A DNA stretch of 64,000 bases, taken from positions 118,730,001 through 118,794,000 of the forward strand of contig NC_043000.1 in the NCBI RefSeq assembly GCF_006345805.1, read 5' to 3'. Source of the stretch: Octopus sinensis. Taxonomy: Eukaryota. The notes beneath the pieces were generated by a model that saw nothing but the letters and a program-made list of their open reading frames with translations, searched no databases and was not told the origin of the DNA. Positions 25,936 through 40,718 of this stretch are shown one piece after another (position 1 is the stretch's first letter; each line of letters opens with the position of its first letter). A program made the position numbers and the translations under genes.

Positions 25936-28900
25936 AGGTGTGCCAGTCATTGATTGTTAGTGACTACTGCTACGTTTAGTACGATTGAAGTGCAGTGACA
26001 GCTTTTTCTTAATATATTTTTAACTGATCAATTGTGTATGTATGCGCGCGGTCAATAAAATCGTTTGGGAAAAGTTCAACTGATAATAGTAAAGCAACAC
26101 AAAAGGTTTTTAGGTTAGCAGCAGAAATTAAGGGGGAAAAAATCAACAAAAAATTGATTTTATTAAAGATGCCAGATACTAATCATAGTTTTTTTACGAA
26201 TTGTGGATTCTCTTAGAAAATATATTATCATCACCACTTTCTATACAGATTATCCCGTGGGTGGCATAATGTGTTAGATTGTAATGGTGGGACGAAAAGA
26301 AATTGTCTCTCTGAAGAGAATAAACTAAATAAAATATAAATAGACAGGAATTGAAACTTATATAAGTTAGCACTAGCGAGCTATCATATCTTTTAAACTC
26401 ATAAAGATGGCCAAAAAGAAAATACCACAAGCAATTTTTTGCCGTTAGACCTAAATGATTCTAGTGAAAGCTGTTGATGGCTAGCTGTTCAAAGTATTAA
26501 TTTTAACATAGTCCATTTGCTGTATAACATCAAGCAAACTTTTAGAAAACCTACGACTTCAAATGAAAAGAGTATGATAGCATTTAATTTGATAGGATTC
26601 AAATAATAACAACGTACTGGACAAGCAAATCTTTTCAGATTAAAGAATGTTGAGGATTATTAGGTTATTTTTATCCATTAATCTATAATTCTGAAGCCAG
26701 AAACTGCTACACAAATAATGGGTTTATAAACAGACGGTTGTGTGTGTGAACTGGTCGTGTGGATAAAATATTGAATAGTTCAAAAATTTTGGCTTCAGGA
26801 TCATAGCAAGAGTTTCGTTGTATTTCTGGGTTATTGAAAATTGGTTCTATATTTTCTGGGGAAAATTAGTAAAACCGTCATCATTAATGTAAAATATTAT
26901 TATATAACAGTTTATTTTCGAATAATGTTACAACCTACAAGGACCCACAGATAGATTTGAACCCGTGAAAATATCTGACTTAATTTTCATTAACCAATTT
27001 AAATTTTCGCTCCAAGAATTGTCACCAGTATTGTTAATAAAGAAATCATTATTTTAAATATCCCATACATTTGTGAAATAATAAATACTTGATATTTTGT
27101 GATGAAATCAATGAACAGTTAGTTCTACCGATTTCTCCATGGAAATATATCTATTTTCAACAACCCAGAAATAGAACGAAACCCTTGTATGATCATGAAA
27201 TCAGAATTTCCAAAGTCAGGCAAGATTTCATCTGCTCAGTTATGTACAACTGTCTCTTCTTAAACTCATTATTTTGAGTAGGATTTCCCGGGTTTTGTGA
27301 TTTTTAAATAACGCATAATCTGACAGCGAAAATCAAGACGTATACCGTAAATTATATAATTAATCTGCCAGTGAATTGCTTCGATTCTTATCTGTTTATT
27401 TTCATTTACGTGGAAAATGCTTTTAGGTAGGGAATCCCGATTTAATAAATACTGCTCAAAATGAAAAGAAATCGATTCTGACTAATCTGATATTTATTTG
27501 ACAATCAAAATAAATTTAGGGATGAGGATTCTTTTCTTTTACAAAACCGTTTGTTTAGGTTTTACAGTCTTTTCGTTGATTTTCTTTCTTTAATAATTGA
27601 AAATAGTTAATTGCATCGACTTCCATGGTTTATTGAATTTTATTTGATTCCCAGAGATAACAAATCTGTCTCTTCAAAGTATTTGAACCCCTGTAAACCG
27701 AAACGTTAAAATGTGGCGATCTTTGGACTTTAAGACAGAGAAATAAACTGCACCAGTTGAAAATGAAGGAAAAACACTGATTGCTATAGTCTGTGCATAT
27801 GTACCTATCTATAGGCATTAGCTACAGCCGTGTGTAATTTGGCCATTTCCACCTTTAGTAGATTAGAAATAACTTTCCCCTGGATAAGGCGCTAGACGAT
27901 CGCATATAGTTTTCCCGGAGAAGCTATTTACATATTGTATTTTAAATATGCCCATTGGAGCTGTGTAAAATTAAATGAATTAGAGACAGAAAAATCGAGT
28001 ATCATATTTGAACTCGTGATATATGAAGTAGCTATTCGGTATCTTATAATTTTGCTTCGACATCATCACGATCAACAGAAGAATGATATTAGATGATTTT
28101 TCGTCTGCCGTTACGTTCTGAGTTCAAATTCCGCCGAGGTCGACTTTGCCTTTCATCCTTTCGGGGTCGATAAATTAAGTACCAGTTACGCACTGGGGTC
28201 GATGTAATCGACTTAATCCGTTTCTCTGTCCTTGTTTGTCCCCTCTGTGTTAGCCCCTTGTGGGTAGTAAAGAAATAGATATTGGATGATTTTCAGGTCT
28301 TTTCACAAAAGCAGATGGCTTGAATTATCTTCAGCAAGAAGGTTTAATACAAATTCAGACCACCAGAAGTTTACTTATGTAGGTGCTACACACAATATAA
28401 GATCAACCGAAATCTAATAATCTTGCCATGGGCATTTAATGCAGAACAACTGGGATTTTAGTTAAGTGTTCTCCGGGTGTTTTACGGTTTATCTCACTTC
28501 ACTTAATGGTGGTTTCAAATTTTGGTACAAATTTTAGGTGATGGATTTTAGTCAATATCCTCAACCACAGTATATGACTGGTACTTTAATCACTTTCGTT
28601 ACCAACCCGGCCGAAACCGGCTCTGGCTCTGTAATACAAATGTCTTGTTTTCGTAAGTTCTGAATTAAAATCTTCCACCAAACCTTAATCACAATTTATG
28701 TTCTTAACACTAGCTGAATGATAACTAAGTTATTTTACTAAATTCTTTGTTGTATTTAAAATTAATGGAAAGAAACACAGAGCATCTCAACAGAAATATT
28801 GTAACAAAAGGGTTATTCTATTGAGCCTGGAAAGATGAAAGGTAAAGTAGATCTCTGCGGGGATTGAATTCGGAACGTAAAGAATCAGAAGAAACAACGT

Positions 28901-29789
28901 TAAGCATTTGGTTCGACATGCTAGCTATTTCAAATTTTGGCACAATACCAAAATTGGTAGTGTGTTAGTCGATATCATCGATCCCAGTACTTAATTGGTA
29001 TTTTCTTTTATGAAAATGAAAATTTTCAGAGAATGAAAGGTGAAGTTGACCACGGCGAGATTTGAACTTAAAACGTAAAAAAAAAAAAAACGGAAGAAAT
29101 GTCGCTTAACATTTTATCCCACGCCCAAACGAATTTGCCGGCTCGCTGCCATCAGTTGTTAATAGTAAAAAATAAAAGATGATATCGACAGGATTTGAAC
29201 TCTAAAACGAAAAGATCACAATGTAATTTTTACGACACTAACGACTCTGCCAGCTCACTGCACCTTTCCAACTGATGGATAAGCCATATCCAATGGGAAA
29301 ATTATTTCTAAACTGCTGAAGGAGGAAATGGCCAAGTTACACACGACAGTAGGTCATGCATATAGACAGGTACATATACACAGGCTATAACAATCAGTGT
29401 TTTTCTTTCACTTTCAACCAGTGCAGTTTATTTCTCTGTCTTAAAAGTCCAAAGATCGCAACATCTTAACGTTTCGGTTTCCAGCTAATGTATATGAAAC
29501 AGTAAGATACAGTATTATACGCATTGAGGTTTACTCTACATGCATAATCACAACATACAAAAGCATAAAATAAAATATAAAATTATATTTACATATATAT
29601 ATATGTATTTAGTTGAATAAGGTACTTAAAATTGAGGTACCTAGTTAGGTCAGAATAAAATGCACATCCAGCAATTTTTACATGAATGCCAACCTTGGTA
29701 CAAAAGTACTGGCAGAATGATATTCGGGTAATATAATGTATGCAGTTAATTTAAACTAACTGAGTATGGATTGACACCTGTCCTTCAAT

Positions 29790-29792
29790 TGT

Positions 29793-29854
<62 letters not shown>

Positions 29855-29866
29855 CATACACACATA

Positions 29867-29931
<65 letters not shown>

Positions 29932-30281
29932 TTAATCCAAACGGGAAAACAAAAAAACAACAACAATGGAACAATTACAGTATTATTATTAATAGGCGCT
30001 CAGGAAATGGAAGCAGGAGGGTATGACGTTTCGAGCGGAGCTCTTCGTCGGAAACATAAAGAAGGAAGAGAGAGGAAAGAAAGATCCCAAAGCGGGCAAC
30101 AGGGATAGAGAAAAAAAAAAAAAAACGACTGGTGTTTACGAGTTACATATATATATACATACATATATATATATTTATATATACACATATACATATATAT
30201 ATATACACATATACATATATATACATACATATATATATTTATATATACACATATACTATATATATATATACACACATATAC

Positions 30282-30314
<33 letters not shown>

Positions 30315-30736
30315 CACATATACTTATATATATACATATATATATATATATAGGCGCAGGAGTGGCTGTGTGGTAAGTAGCTTGCTAACCAACCACATGG
30401 TTCCGGGTTCAGTCCCACTGCGTGGCATCTTGGGCAAGTGTCTTCTGCTATAGCCCCGGGCCGACCAATGCCTTGTGAGTGGATTTGGTAGACGGAACCT
30501 GAAAGAAACCTGTCGTATATATATATATATGTGCGCGTGTGTTTGTGTGTCTGTGTTTGTCCCCCTAGCATTGCTTGACAACCGATGCTGGTGTGTTTAC
30601 GTCCCCGTTACTTAGCGGTTCGGCAAAAGAGACCGATAGAATGAGTACTGGGCTTACAAAGAATAAGTCCCGGGGTCGATTTGCTCGACTAAAGGCGGTG
30701 CTCCAGCATGGCCGCAGTCAAATGACTGAAACAAGT

Positions 30737-30767
<31 letters not shown>

Positions 30768-30862
30768 ATAATAATAATATTAGGGAGTATATCCAAACTT
30801 ACAGGGGAAAATTAGATTTAGGATAAAATCAAATTTCACAGTATAAATATATCCTTCAATTG

Positions 30863-30915
<53 letters not shown>

Positions 30916-31115
30916 TAATTTTAATAATTTAAATTTTATATTTTATATATATATTATATATTATATTAATTATATTTATTATTCGTTTTTTTATGTTTTG
31001 GTTTATGTCTATCACTGTTTGAGTTGCCTAATAGTGATTTTATCTCTAATTTAATTTATATATATATATATACACACACATATACATATATATACACATA
31101 TACATATATATACAC

Positions 31116-31156
<41 letters not shown>

Positions 31157-31575
31157 TATTTATATATATATACATATACATATATATATACATATATAAT
31201 ATATATATATACATATACACATATATATATATACACATATACATATATATATATATACATATATTATATATACATACACATATACATATATATATATACA
31301 CATACATATATATATACATATATATATACACACACACACATATATATATACATATATATATATACACATATACATATATACACATATACATATATATACA
31401 CACAAATATATATACATGTACATATATATATTTATATATATATACACACATATATACATATATATATATATAGAGAGAGAGAGATAGTTAGATAGATAGA
31501 TAGATATGCATACATATATTTATACATATATATATACACATATATATATGCACATATATATGCACATATATATAC

Positions 31576-31654
<79 letters not shown>

Positions 31655-31690
31655 CATACATACATACATACATACATACATACATACATA
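29790..31690. repeat. Large (TA)n/(TACA)n/(CA)n microsatellite complex with an embedded SINE and a Penelope-derived fragment
   Basis: Seen directly in the sequence. It explains the YI/YT-rich pseudo-ORFs in the ORF track. Confidence 0.95.
30021..30055 (-). ncRNA. Minimal type I hammerhead motif (CCGACGA core variant)
   Basis: gttt-CCGACGA-a-GAGC(tcc)GCTC-GAA-ACGT-C-atac. Stem I has one mismatch. Confidence 0.6.
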
Positions 31691-32507
31691 CCCTGTTGTT
31701 GATGTTGAAATTCTAATGAAGGGGTATTGGATCTAGGTTAGAAACCGACTCTTTCTCTATTGGCAGAAAATCTTGAAATAAACTGAATAATTACATACAT
31801 ACATGTGCATGTACACATTATATACAATATTAAAATTTTAAAACGCACTTGTAAATAAAGACTCCAATTTGAGGGAATGACCACTCAGGTGAGATCGCGG
31901 TACCCAAAACATCGACTGCCTTCGGATCCAGACATATGCTCTTTCTCAACTCCTACCACCCGATAGAGTTGCAGGATCGACTCTTATCCATTCTTAATGT
32001 ACAATTCCCATACACACCTTCATAACGTTTTCTGAAGAACACAACGTCCCTCTACAGCCTGGTGGAAAAGAAAATCTTTCTCTTCGAATGTTGACTTTAT
32101 TTTCTGATGTGGTACGGAAGGTTTTAATTTTGTTTATTTTGAAATCTCTTTAACAGACGCATAGTTGTGAAAGTTTGGAATAAATCTGTACAACGAATTG
32201 GTTCAGGAAGGTGGCCGTGCACCGGAAAGAAATAGTTGATGTTTGTTTTCGTTAAATGATTGATAAGACTGCATCATTATCTGTCATTTATACCAGTTTC
32301 ATTACGAGCTAATTAGCTACAACCAATCATATTAATAATTTCTAATTATTAATATTGCTCATAAAATAAATACACGTATATAAAATGTAATGGTGAAGTG
32401 GAAATGTTCAAAACATGAAACAAACAAATAAAAAGCATTCTAAATCTATGATTGTTATCAACAGTGAAGTTATCAAAACGGAATTTAATACATTAAAGTT
32501 TACTTAC

Positions 32508-32763
32508 AAGGTAAAACATATTCCTTCACGGATGAGAGACTGTCAGAATACAACCACCAGCATCCAGTGAATATCTTTTTAGCTCCTAATGGGGTGTATT
32601 CTCGATAACAAACTTCCCAAAGTCCAATACGGCTCGGTTTCTCACCACTTTGGTTAACCCAATACGAAGTTGAAAATCCAATTATCTTAAAAAGTAATGC
32701 CAAAAGCGTAAAGGCAATGCCAGAGAAATAAAATCTTCGCTTGGAGTCTTTAATAATAACCAT
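32508..32763 (-). CDS. Claudin/PMP22-EMP superfamily first coding exon C (TM1 + ECL1)
   Basis: ATG at 32763. MVIIKDSKRRFYFSGIAFTLLALLFKIIGFSTSYW...RIGLWEVC-15aa-CWWLYSDSLSSVKEYVLP. The exon is 256 nt and ends T|GTAAGT (phase 1). Confidence 0.88.
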
Positions 32764-33482
32764 ATTTAAAATTAGTGTGAATCTCAAAGGTGATGTCCAG
32801 CTGATGTAGTTATTTGATCAGGGGTCGGTGTTGTTTCCTTTCTAATTCGACCAAGGTGCGAGCTTACAAAATATGTTTATTCATTATACAAATAATCCTG
32901 TTTTTAATCGTTCCTTGTACATAATTGTTATAAACAAATGGATCAAGAATGTATTACAACCGAAGAAATGACAACAGGTAACAACAGGTAGATCAGTTTC
33001 AAAAAGAGAGTCAGGCTTTTGTATTGTTTATTTTCGTTTAGATTTGGGGCAGAGATATTACAGTCGTAGTTTCTTCCCTTCGTCACTAACCGGAAGACAT
33101 GACTATATATATATATTAACAGTTGCTGAGGGATAAGGGTAAACGAAATACAGTTATTTATCTGGAGTAATTACTATAGAGTAAGATTTCTGTTCATAAA
33201 ATCGAAATACTAGAACCAACGATAGCGCAGTTAGTAGGACATTTCTAAACAGGATGGCAACGATATATCGCCCTGAGCAACTGAATTGATCTTAGCTATG
33301 AATCACCTGTGAGTTAACTCAATATGTGATACTTCTAGTATGACTAATTTGAAACAAAACTTAGAGAATGAGCAATATTGTGTACCAAACGGCATAAGAT
33401 TTGATAGAAACACGAAATTAAAATAGTAATTGTAGAAAACTTCGATCAAACAAATTTCATGATACAACGAAATTATTCGTAA

Positions 33483-33841
33483 CTAGCAGTATTGCCCGGC
33501 GTTACTCGGGTTTGTTTCGACTCTTTAGAATTGGAATTTTTGAAAAGTAAAAATTTTGCATTATGTAGCTTGTTATTCTATTTAAGTGAACATTTTTCTG
33601 GTTGAAATACACAGAAAAATGGCAACACAGCAGTCAAAAAGCACGTTTTTGATGTAAATAATTTTTGGTCTTAACATGGTCCGATTTGATTTTTTTTCTT
33701 CTACGGAAGGAAGAGCAAGCCTTCTTCTATCCTACTCTCAATTTTGGTCAACTTGCGCCGCAGGGTCTCGGAGGAGATAGTGTTAGTTGAAGGCTACCAA
33801 ACCTACCATATACAGACAACTTTAGCTTTATATAGAGAGAT
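33483..33841 (+). mobile_element. Non-autonomous Helitron-like (Lep1/DINE-type) element
   Basis: Starts CTAGCAGTATTGCCCGGCGTTACTCGGG and ends ...CTTTATATAGAGAGAT. Similar termini at 46973-47506, 45820-46098 (partial) and from 59593. The class assignment is an inference. Confidence 0.45.
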
Positions 33842-34369
33842 AATTATTATAATAAAGGCGGCAAGCTGGCAGAATCGTTAGCACTTCGTCTAACTTTACG
33901 TTCAGACTTCAAATTCTTTCGAAATCGACTTTACCTTTCCGGGTCGATAAAATAAGTACCATTTGAGCATATTTTCCCCTGAAATTGGTAGTCTTGTGTC
34001 AAAATATCAACTTTAAAAATACACCATATGGGAATATATTTACACAAGGATGATAACAGGTTTCAAAGTGCCATGCTAATGGCAATGTCTGAAGACGGTC
34101 AATATGTTGAATGAAGATTGTAAAGCAAAATGCCTTAAATAACTATTATTACAATTTGAAACACATAATTCCATATCAGTAGATTGTGTGTAGTATTTAT
34201 CTATGTAGCCATCAACAAACACACACACACGTGTGTGTGTGTGGTGTTGGCAGTGGTGGTGGTGTTCGAACGTGTGTGTGTGTACAGTTATGCCTCGCCA
34301 CACACGGTTTAACTGTAGCATGGTTTCTGCTTCTGGTTTTGAATTATTACACACACACACGCACACACC

Positions 34370-35703
34370 CTACATAAGAGTGCCCACCAGAATCGTCAAT
34401 TTAGTGCGATTTTACTATTTTCGCGCGAAAATCCATCGAGTTACAACACTGACATCTCATTTTAAGATATATTTACCAAAATTATATAAAAAAATATCTT
34501 GAAATACTAAAGAGTAAATGTATTCAATAAAATCGCCATTGGCTTCAACCACGGCCTCCAGACGACTTCAGAATCTCCTGCAACTCTTCTGGACGATCTC
34601 CTTGCTTAAGTTGGTGAATGCTGCCATAATTCTTGCCTTCAGTTCGTCTTTGGTGTTACAAGGAGTTTTGTTGGTCTCTCGCTCAACTGCCCCACACACA
34701 TAATAATCAAGGGGGTTACAGTCTGAGGGTTAAGTGGCCAGATGTTAGAGGTGATGTGGTTACAGAAATTGTCTGACAGTCATGACTGGGTGCTCCTGAT
34801 TGTGTGGCATGGTGCAGAGTCCTGTTGCCAAACATAGGGTCTTCCAGCAGCCACTCTCTTGACCCAGAGCAGCACTGCCTCCTACAGGCATTTGATGTAG
34901 GCCCCCCGTATTGAGTCTGAGGCCGTGTGAGAAGATGAATTGGAGGCATAACGCTGCCATCACTAGTGATCACTCCAAACACCATGATATTGACTGGCTG
35001 TTTCATTTTTATCAATCTCTGTAGATATTTTGAGGACACGGCAAGCTAAAGATTGTTCTGTGTGTTCACCATTTGATCCTGCAAAAAATTTTTTCGTCTG
35101 AGAAAAACCAAAGCATTTTCTGTTGGAGGGGATGCTTGAGTTTGTTCGAAAGCTTCGTAGCGTGGTCTTCCCACTTGTTCTTGATGACTTGGGATAAAAA
35201 TTGGCCCTTTCTCATCTTGTATGAAGAATAGCGAATGTTTTCATGCAATACCTGCCTGATAAGAAACTCAGACACTCCCATGTCCCCGTCGATGGACCTG
35301 ACTGACTAAATGGGATCGTTGTCAATAACGGCCTGGATGTCACCAACAAATTCAGGAATTTTTTTCTAATCAGAACGATCAGAATGAGTTTATCGAGCTG
35401 CCGTAGCTTCGTAATCACCATTATGCTCATTCAACTTTTTCCGAATCCTCTGCATTGTCTTCTAATTAAAACTCAAACACTCTGACATGCTTGTATTGGA
35501 GCTTCTGTCGCGAATGCCAAGCAGTACAGCCTGTCGTTTCCAAATTTCTGGCAGAATCAATTCCGTCGTGGTGCTATTTTTCTCACAGACGGTGCCCAAC
35601 TGCCCTACAATACTGAATAATCAACAAAATCAAAAACAAACAATGCTCATACGCAAAATTAAAAATGTAAAATGGCGACAATTTATACATTGCACCCCCC
35701 CTG
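34370..35703 (-). mobile_element. Degenerate DD37D Tc1/mariner transposon
   Basis: Fragments read MLWFFSDEKIF, VNIMVFGVITSDGSVMPP and ERETNKTPCNTKDELKARIMAAFTNLSKE...EAVVEANGDFIE. Confidence 0.8.
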
Positions 35704-35764
35704 TCTCTCTCACTCTGTGTCTCTCTCTCTCTCTCCACCCTCCATTTCCAAGTATGTTTATCTT

Positions 35765-35765
35765 A

Positions 35766-35796
<31 letters not shown>

Positions 35797-35925
35797 TGTA
35801 TGTATGTATGTATGTATGTATGTATGTATGTGTGTGTGTGTATGTGTGTATGTGTGTATGTGTGTATGTGTGTATGTATGTATGTATGTATTTATGTATG
35901 TATGTATGTATGTATGTGTGTATGC

Positions 35926-35963
<38 letters not shown>

Positions 35964-36360
35964 GTGTGTGTGTATGTATGTGTGTATGTATCTATGTATG
36001 TATGTATGTATGTATGTATGTATGTATGTATGTATGTATGTGTGTGTATGTATGTGTGTGTATGTATGTATATATGTATGTATGTATGTATGTGTCTATG
36101 TATGTATGTATTCATGTATGTGTGTATGTATGCATGTATGTATGTATGTGTGTGTGTATGTATGTATGTATGTATGTATGTGTGTATGTATGTATGTATG
36201 TGTGTGTGTATGTATGTATGTGTGTGTGTATGTATGTATGTATTTATGTATGTATGTATTTATATATGTATGTATGTATGTGTGTATGTATATATGTATG
36301 TATGTATGTGTGTATGTATGTATGTGTGTATCTATGTATGTATGTATGTATGTATGTATA
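35765..36360. repeat. (TATG)n/(TG)n microsatellite
   Basis: Seen directly. A further TATG tract lies at 36590-36720. Confidence 0.95.
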
Positions 36361-39300
36361 CTCTTTTACACTTTGCTGCGATTTGTGGACATTTATGAAA
36401 ACTAGAGTATAAAAATCGATACATAGGCACTGGGCTGGCTGTGTGATTAAGATCGCTTTGCCACATGTGGATCTTGGGTTCAGTCCCACTGCGCAGCACC
36501 TTCGATAGGTGCCTTCTCCTACAGACCCGGACGGGACAATGCCCTGTGAGAGAATTTGGTAGGCAGAAACTGTGAGGAAACTCCTCGATTATATGTATGT
36601 ATGTTTGTGTCTGTCTGCCTGTATGTATGTATGTATGTATGTATGTATGTATGTATGTATGTATGTATGTATGTATTTATGCATGTATGTATGTATGTAT
36701 GTATGTATGTATGTATGTATGCCGTTGTGTTTGTGTTTGTCCTGTTCCCCACCGTTTGACGACCGCTGTTTGGTTGATTACGTCTCTGTAACAAAATGTT
36801 TCGGTAAAAGATCCCGATAGGGTAGGTAATTGGGTTGATTTGTTTGACTAAAACCCTCAAGGTGGTACCCCCAGTATGGCTGCAATCCAATCTGAAACAT
36901 GTTAAACCTATAATAAGCATACAATAAGGCGGCGAGCCGGCAGAAACGTTAGCACGCCGGGCGAAATGCTTAGCTGTATTTCGTCTGTAATCGACTTAAT
37001 TCGTTTGTCTATCCTTGTTTGTCCCCTATGTGTTTGGCCCCTTGTGGATAGTAAAGAAATAGGTATTTTGTCTGTCTTTACGTTCTGAATTCAAATTCTG
37101 CCGAGGCCGACTTTGCAGAATCTTCTTTTCGGGGTCGATAAATTAAGTACCAGTGAAACCCTGGGGTCGATGTAATCGACTAGCGCCCTCCTCCAAAATT
37201 TCAGTCCTTCTGACTATAGTAGAACGGATTATAATTATTATTAATGCGGTGAAATGGCGGCAACCTTGCAGAATCGTTAGCCCGCTGGACGAAATGTTTA
37301 GTGGTATTTCGTCTGTTTTACGTTCTGAGTTCAAATTCCGTCGAGGTCGACTTTGCTTTTCCTTCCTTCGAGGTCGATAAATTAAGTACCAGGTTCGCAC
37401 TGAGCTCGATCTAATCGACTGCACCCTCCCCCAAAATTTCGGGTTTTGTGCTTAGAATAGAATACGACGACGAGGGTTCCGGTTGATCCGAATCAACGGA
37501 ACAGCCTGCTCGTGAAATTAACGTGTAAGTGGCTGAGCACTCCACAGACACGTTTACCCTTAACGTAGTTCTCGGGGATATTCAGCGTGACACAGAGAGT
37601 GACAAGGCCGGCCCTTTGAAATACAGGTACAACAGAAAGAGGAAGTAAGAGTGAAAGAAAGTTGTGGTGAAAGAGTACAGCAGGGATCACCACCATCCCC
37701 TGCCGGAGCCTCGTGGAGCTTTAGGTGTTTTCGCTCAATAAACACTCACAACGCCCGGTCTGGGAATCGAAACCGCGATCCTATGACCGCGAGTCCGCTG
37801 CCCTAACCACTGGGCCATTGCGCCTCCACAATAGAATAGTATAATAAGCTTAGAATGCAAATGTTCAGATATCATAACGAGGGTCGATTGTGTAATTTGG
37901 AATAAAGATACATTATTGTTTGACAGAGATGCATAATCCTTTCTTTTATAGGCACAAGGTCTGAAAATTTGAGGGAGGAGAACAGTCGATTACATCGTCC
38001 CCTAGTGTTCAACTGGTACTTATTTCATCGACCCGAAAGAATGAAGGCAAAATTGACCTTGACGGAATTTGAACTCGGTACGTAAAGACGTATGAAATGC
38101 AGTCAAACATTTTGTCCTGCAAGTTAACGATTCTTCCAGCTTGCCATCTTATGATATAAAAATAAATGATAACATACCTTTTTAATGTAAATAAGGTTTG
38201 GTGTTAACATGATCCGATTTGAATTTTTTCTTCTACGGAAGGAAGAGCAAGCCTTTTTCTATCATACTCTCAATTTTGGTCAACTTGTGTTGATGTGAAA
38301 TTAATTTGGCAGTGCAAGGGAAATAACTCTAGGTATGTCGATATTTTAAGTTTTTAAATCGGTCAATAGTAATGTGTAAATAATCGTTGAAATAAGGCTT
38401 GAAATTTGGGGGAATGGATGAAATCGACGTAACTGATACTTAATAATCGACCCCGAAAGGATGAAAGGCGAAGTCGACCTCGGCGGAATTTGAACTCAGA
38501 AGGCAGAGGCAAACGAAATTCTGCTAAGCATTTCGCCCAGCGTGCTAACGATTCTTATTTCTTTATTGCCCACAAGGGGCTAAACATAGAGGGGACAAAC
38601 AAGGTCAGACAAACGGATTGAGTCGATTACATCGACCCCAGTGTGTAACTGGTACTTAATTTATATACCCCGATACGAATGAAAAGCAAAGTCGGCCTTG
38701 GCGAAATTTGAACTCAGAACGTAACAGCAGACGAAATACTTATTTCTTTACTACCCACAAGGGGCTACACACAGAGAGGACAAACAAGGACAGACAAACG
38801 GATTAAGGCGATTATATCGACCCCAGTGCGTAACTGGTACTTAATTTATCGATCCCGAAAGGATGAAAGGCAAAGTCGACCTCGGCGGAATTTGAACTCA
38901 GAACGTAGCGGCAGACGAAATACCGCTGAGCATTTCGCCCGTCGTGCTAACTTTTCTGCCAGCTCGCTACATTGTAAGGTGTAAACTATAAGGCTGCTTG
39001 GATCTGTATGTGTATATATATATATATAACTTAAAAGTACAAAGTGAGATAGGGGTTATGAGTGTAACCCACTATGGGATATCATTTATCCAATATACTG
39101 CCAGTAAAGTACCCAGAAAGGCTAATACATAAATGCTAAGAATTGCAATGCAATTAATTCATTTATTGTATTATATGGGCGAAGGTAAAATGCTTTACCT
39201 CAAATTCATAATACAAAATAAGAAAATGAAGGAATAGATTTCTTTCAATCATCAACTACCAGATAATACCAATTCATTTTATTTGTTAACTAATTATTTA

Positions 39301-39592
39301 GATTAAATAGGAACATCCAAATACAACAGAATAATACAGAATAAAACAATATACACCAATAAGTAAGATAACTATTCTGTTGGATTTGGATGTTCCTATT
39401 TAATCTAAATAATTAGTTCATAAATTATACGAATTGGTACTACCAGATAGTACCAATTCATATAAGTTATTAACTAATTATTTAGATTAAATTTTACCTT
39501 TAAAGGCATTTTTTGATATGCTGGCCATTGATAAATTTTTTCCCGAAAAAATTTTATCCTACATCAATATATATATTTATATATATATATAT

Positions 39593-40614
<1,022 letters not shown>

Positions 40615-40621
40615 TTATATG

Positions 40622-40717
<96 letters not shown>

Positions 40718-40718
<1 letters not shown>

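Noticed and set aside
26194-26330. Strong minus-strand acceptor at 26311
   Set aside because: No claudin-like or hydrophobic frame follows. At most it is a UTR or cryptic site.
29751-31689. Long ORFs rich in YI, YT, MYVC or HTYI (also 35487-36820, 40395-40717, 59167-59666, 63580-63854)
   Set aside because: They are translations of (TA)n, (TATG)n and (CA)n microsatellites.
37760-37830. tRNA-like sequences (also about 3985-4055, 20420-20490, 48230-48303, 57125-57190)
   Set aside because: They are SINE heads followed by SINE bodies and lack complete acceptor stems.
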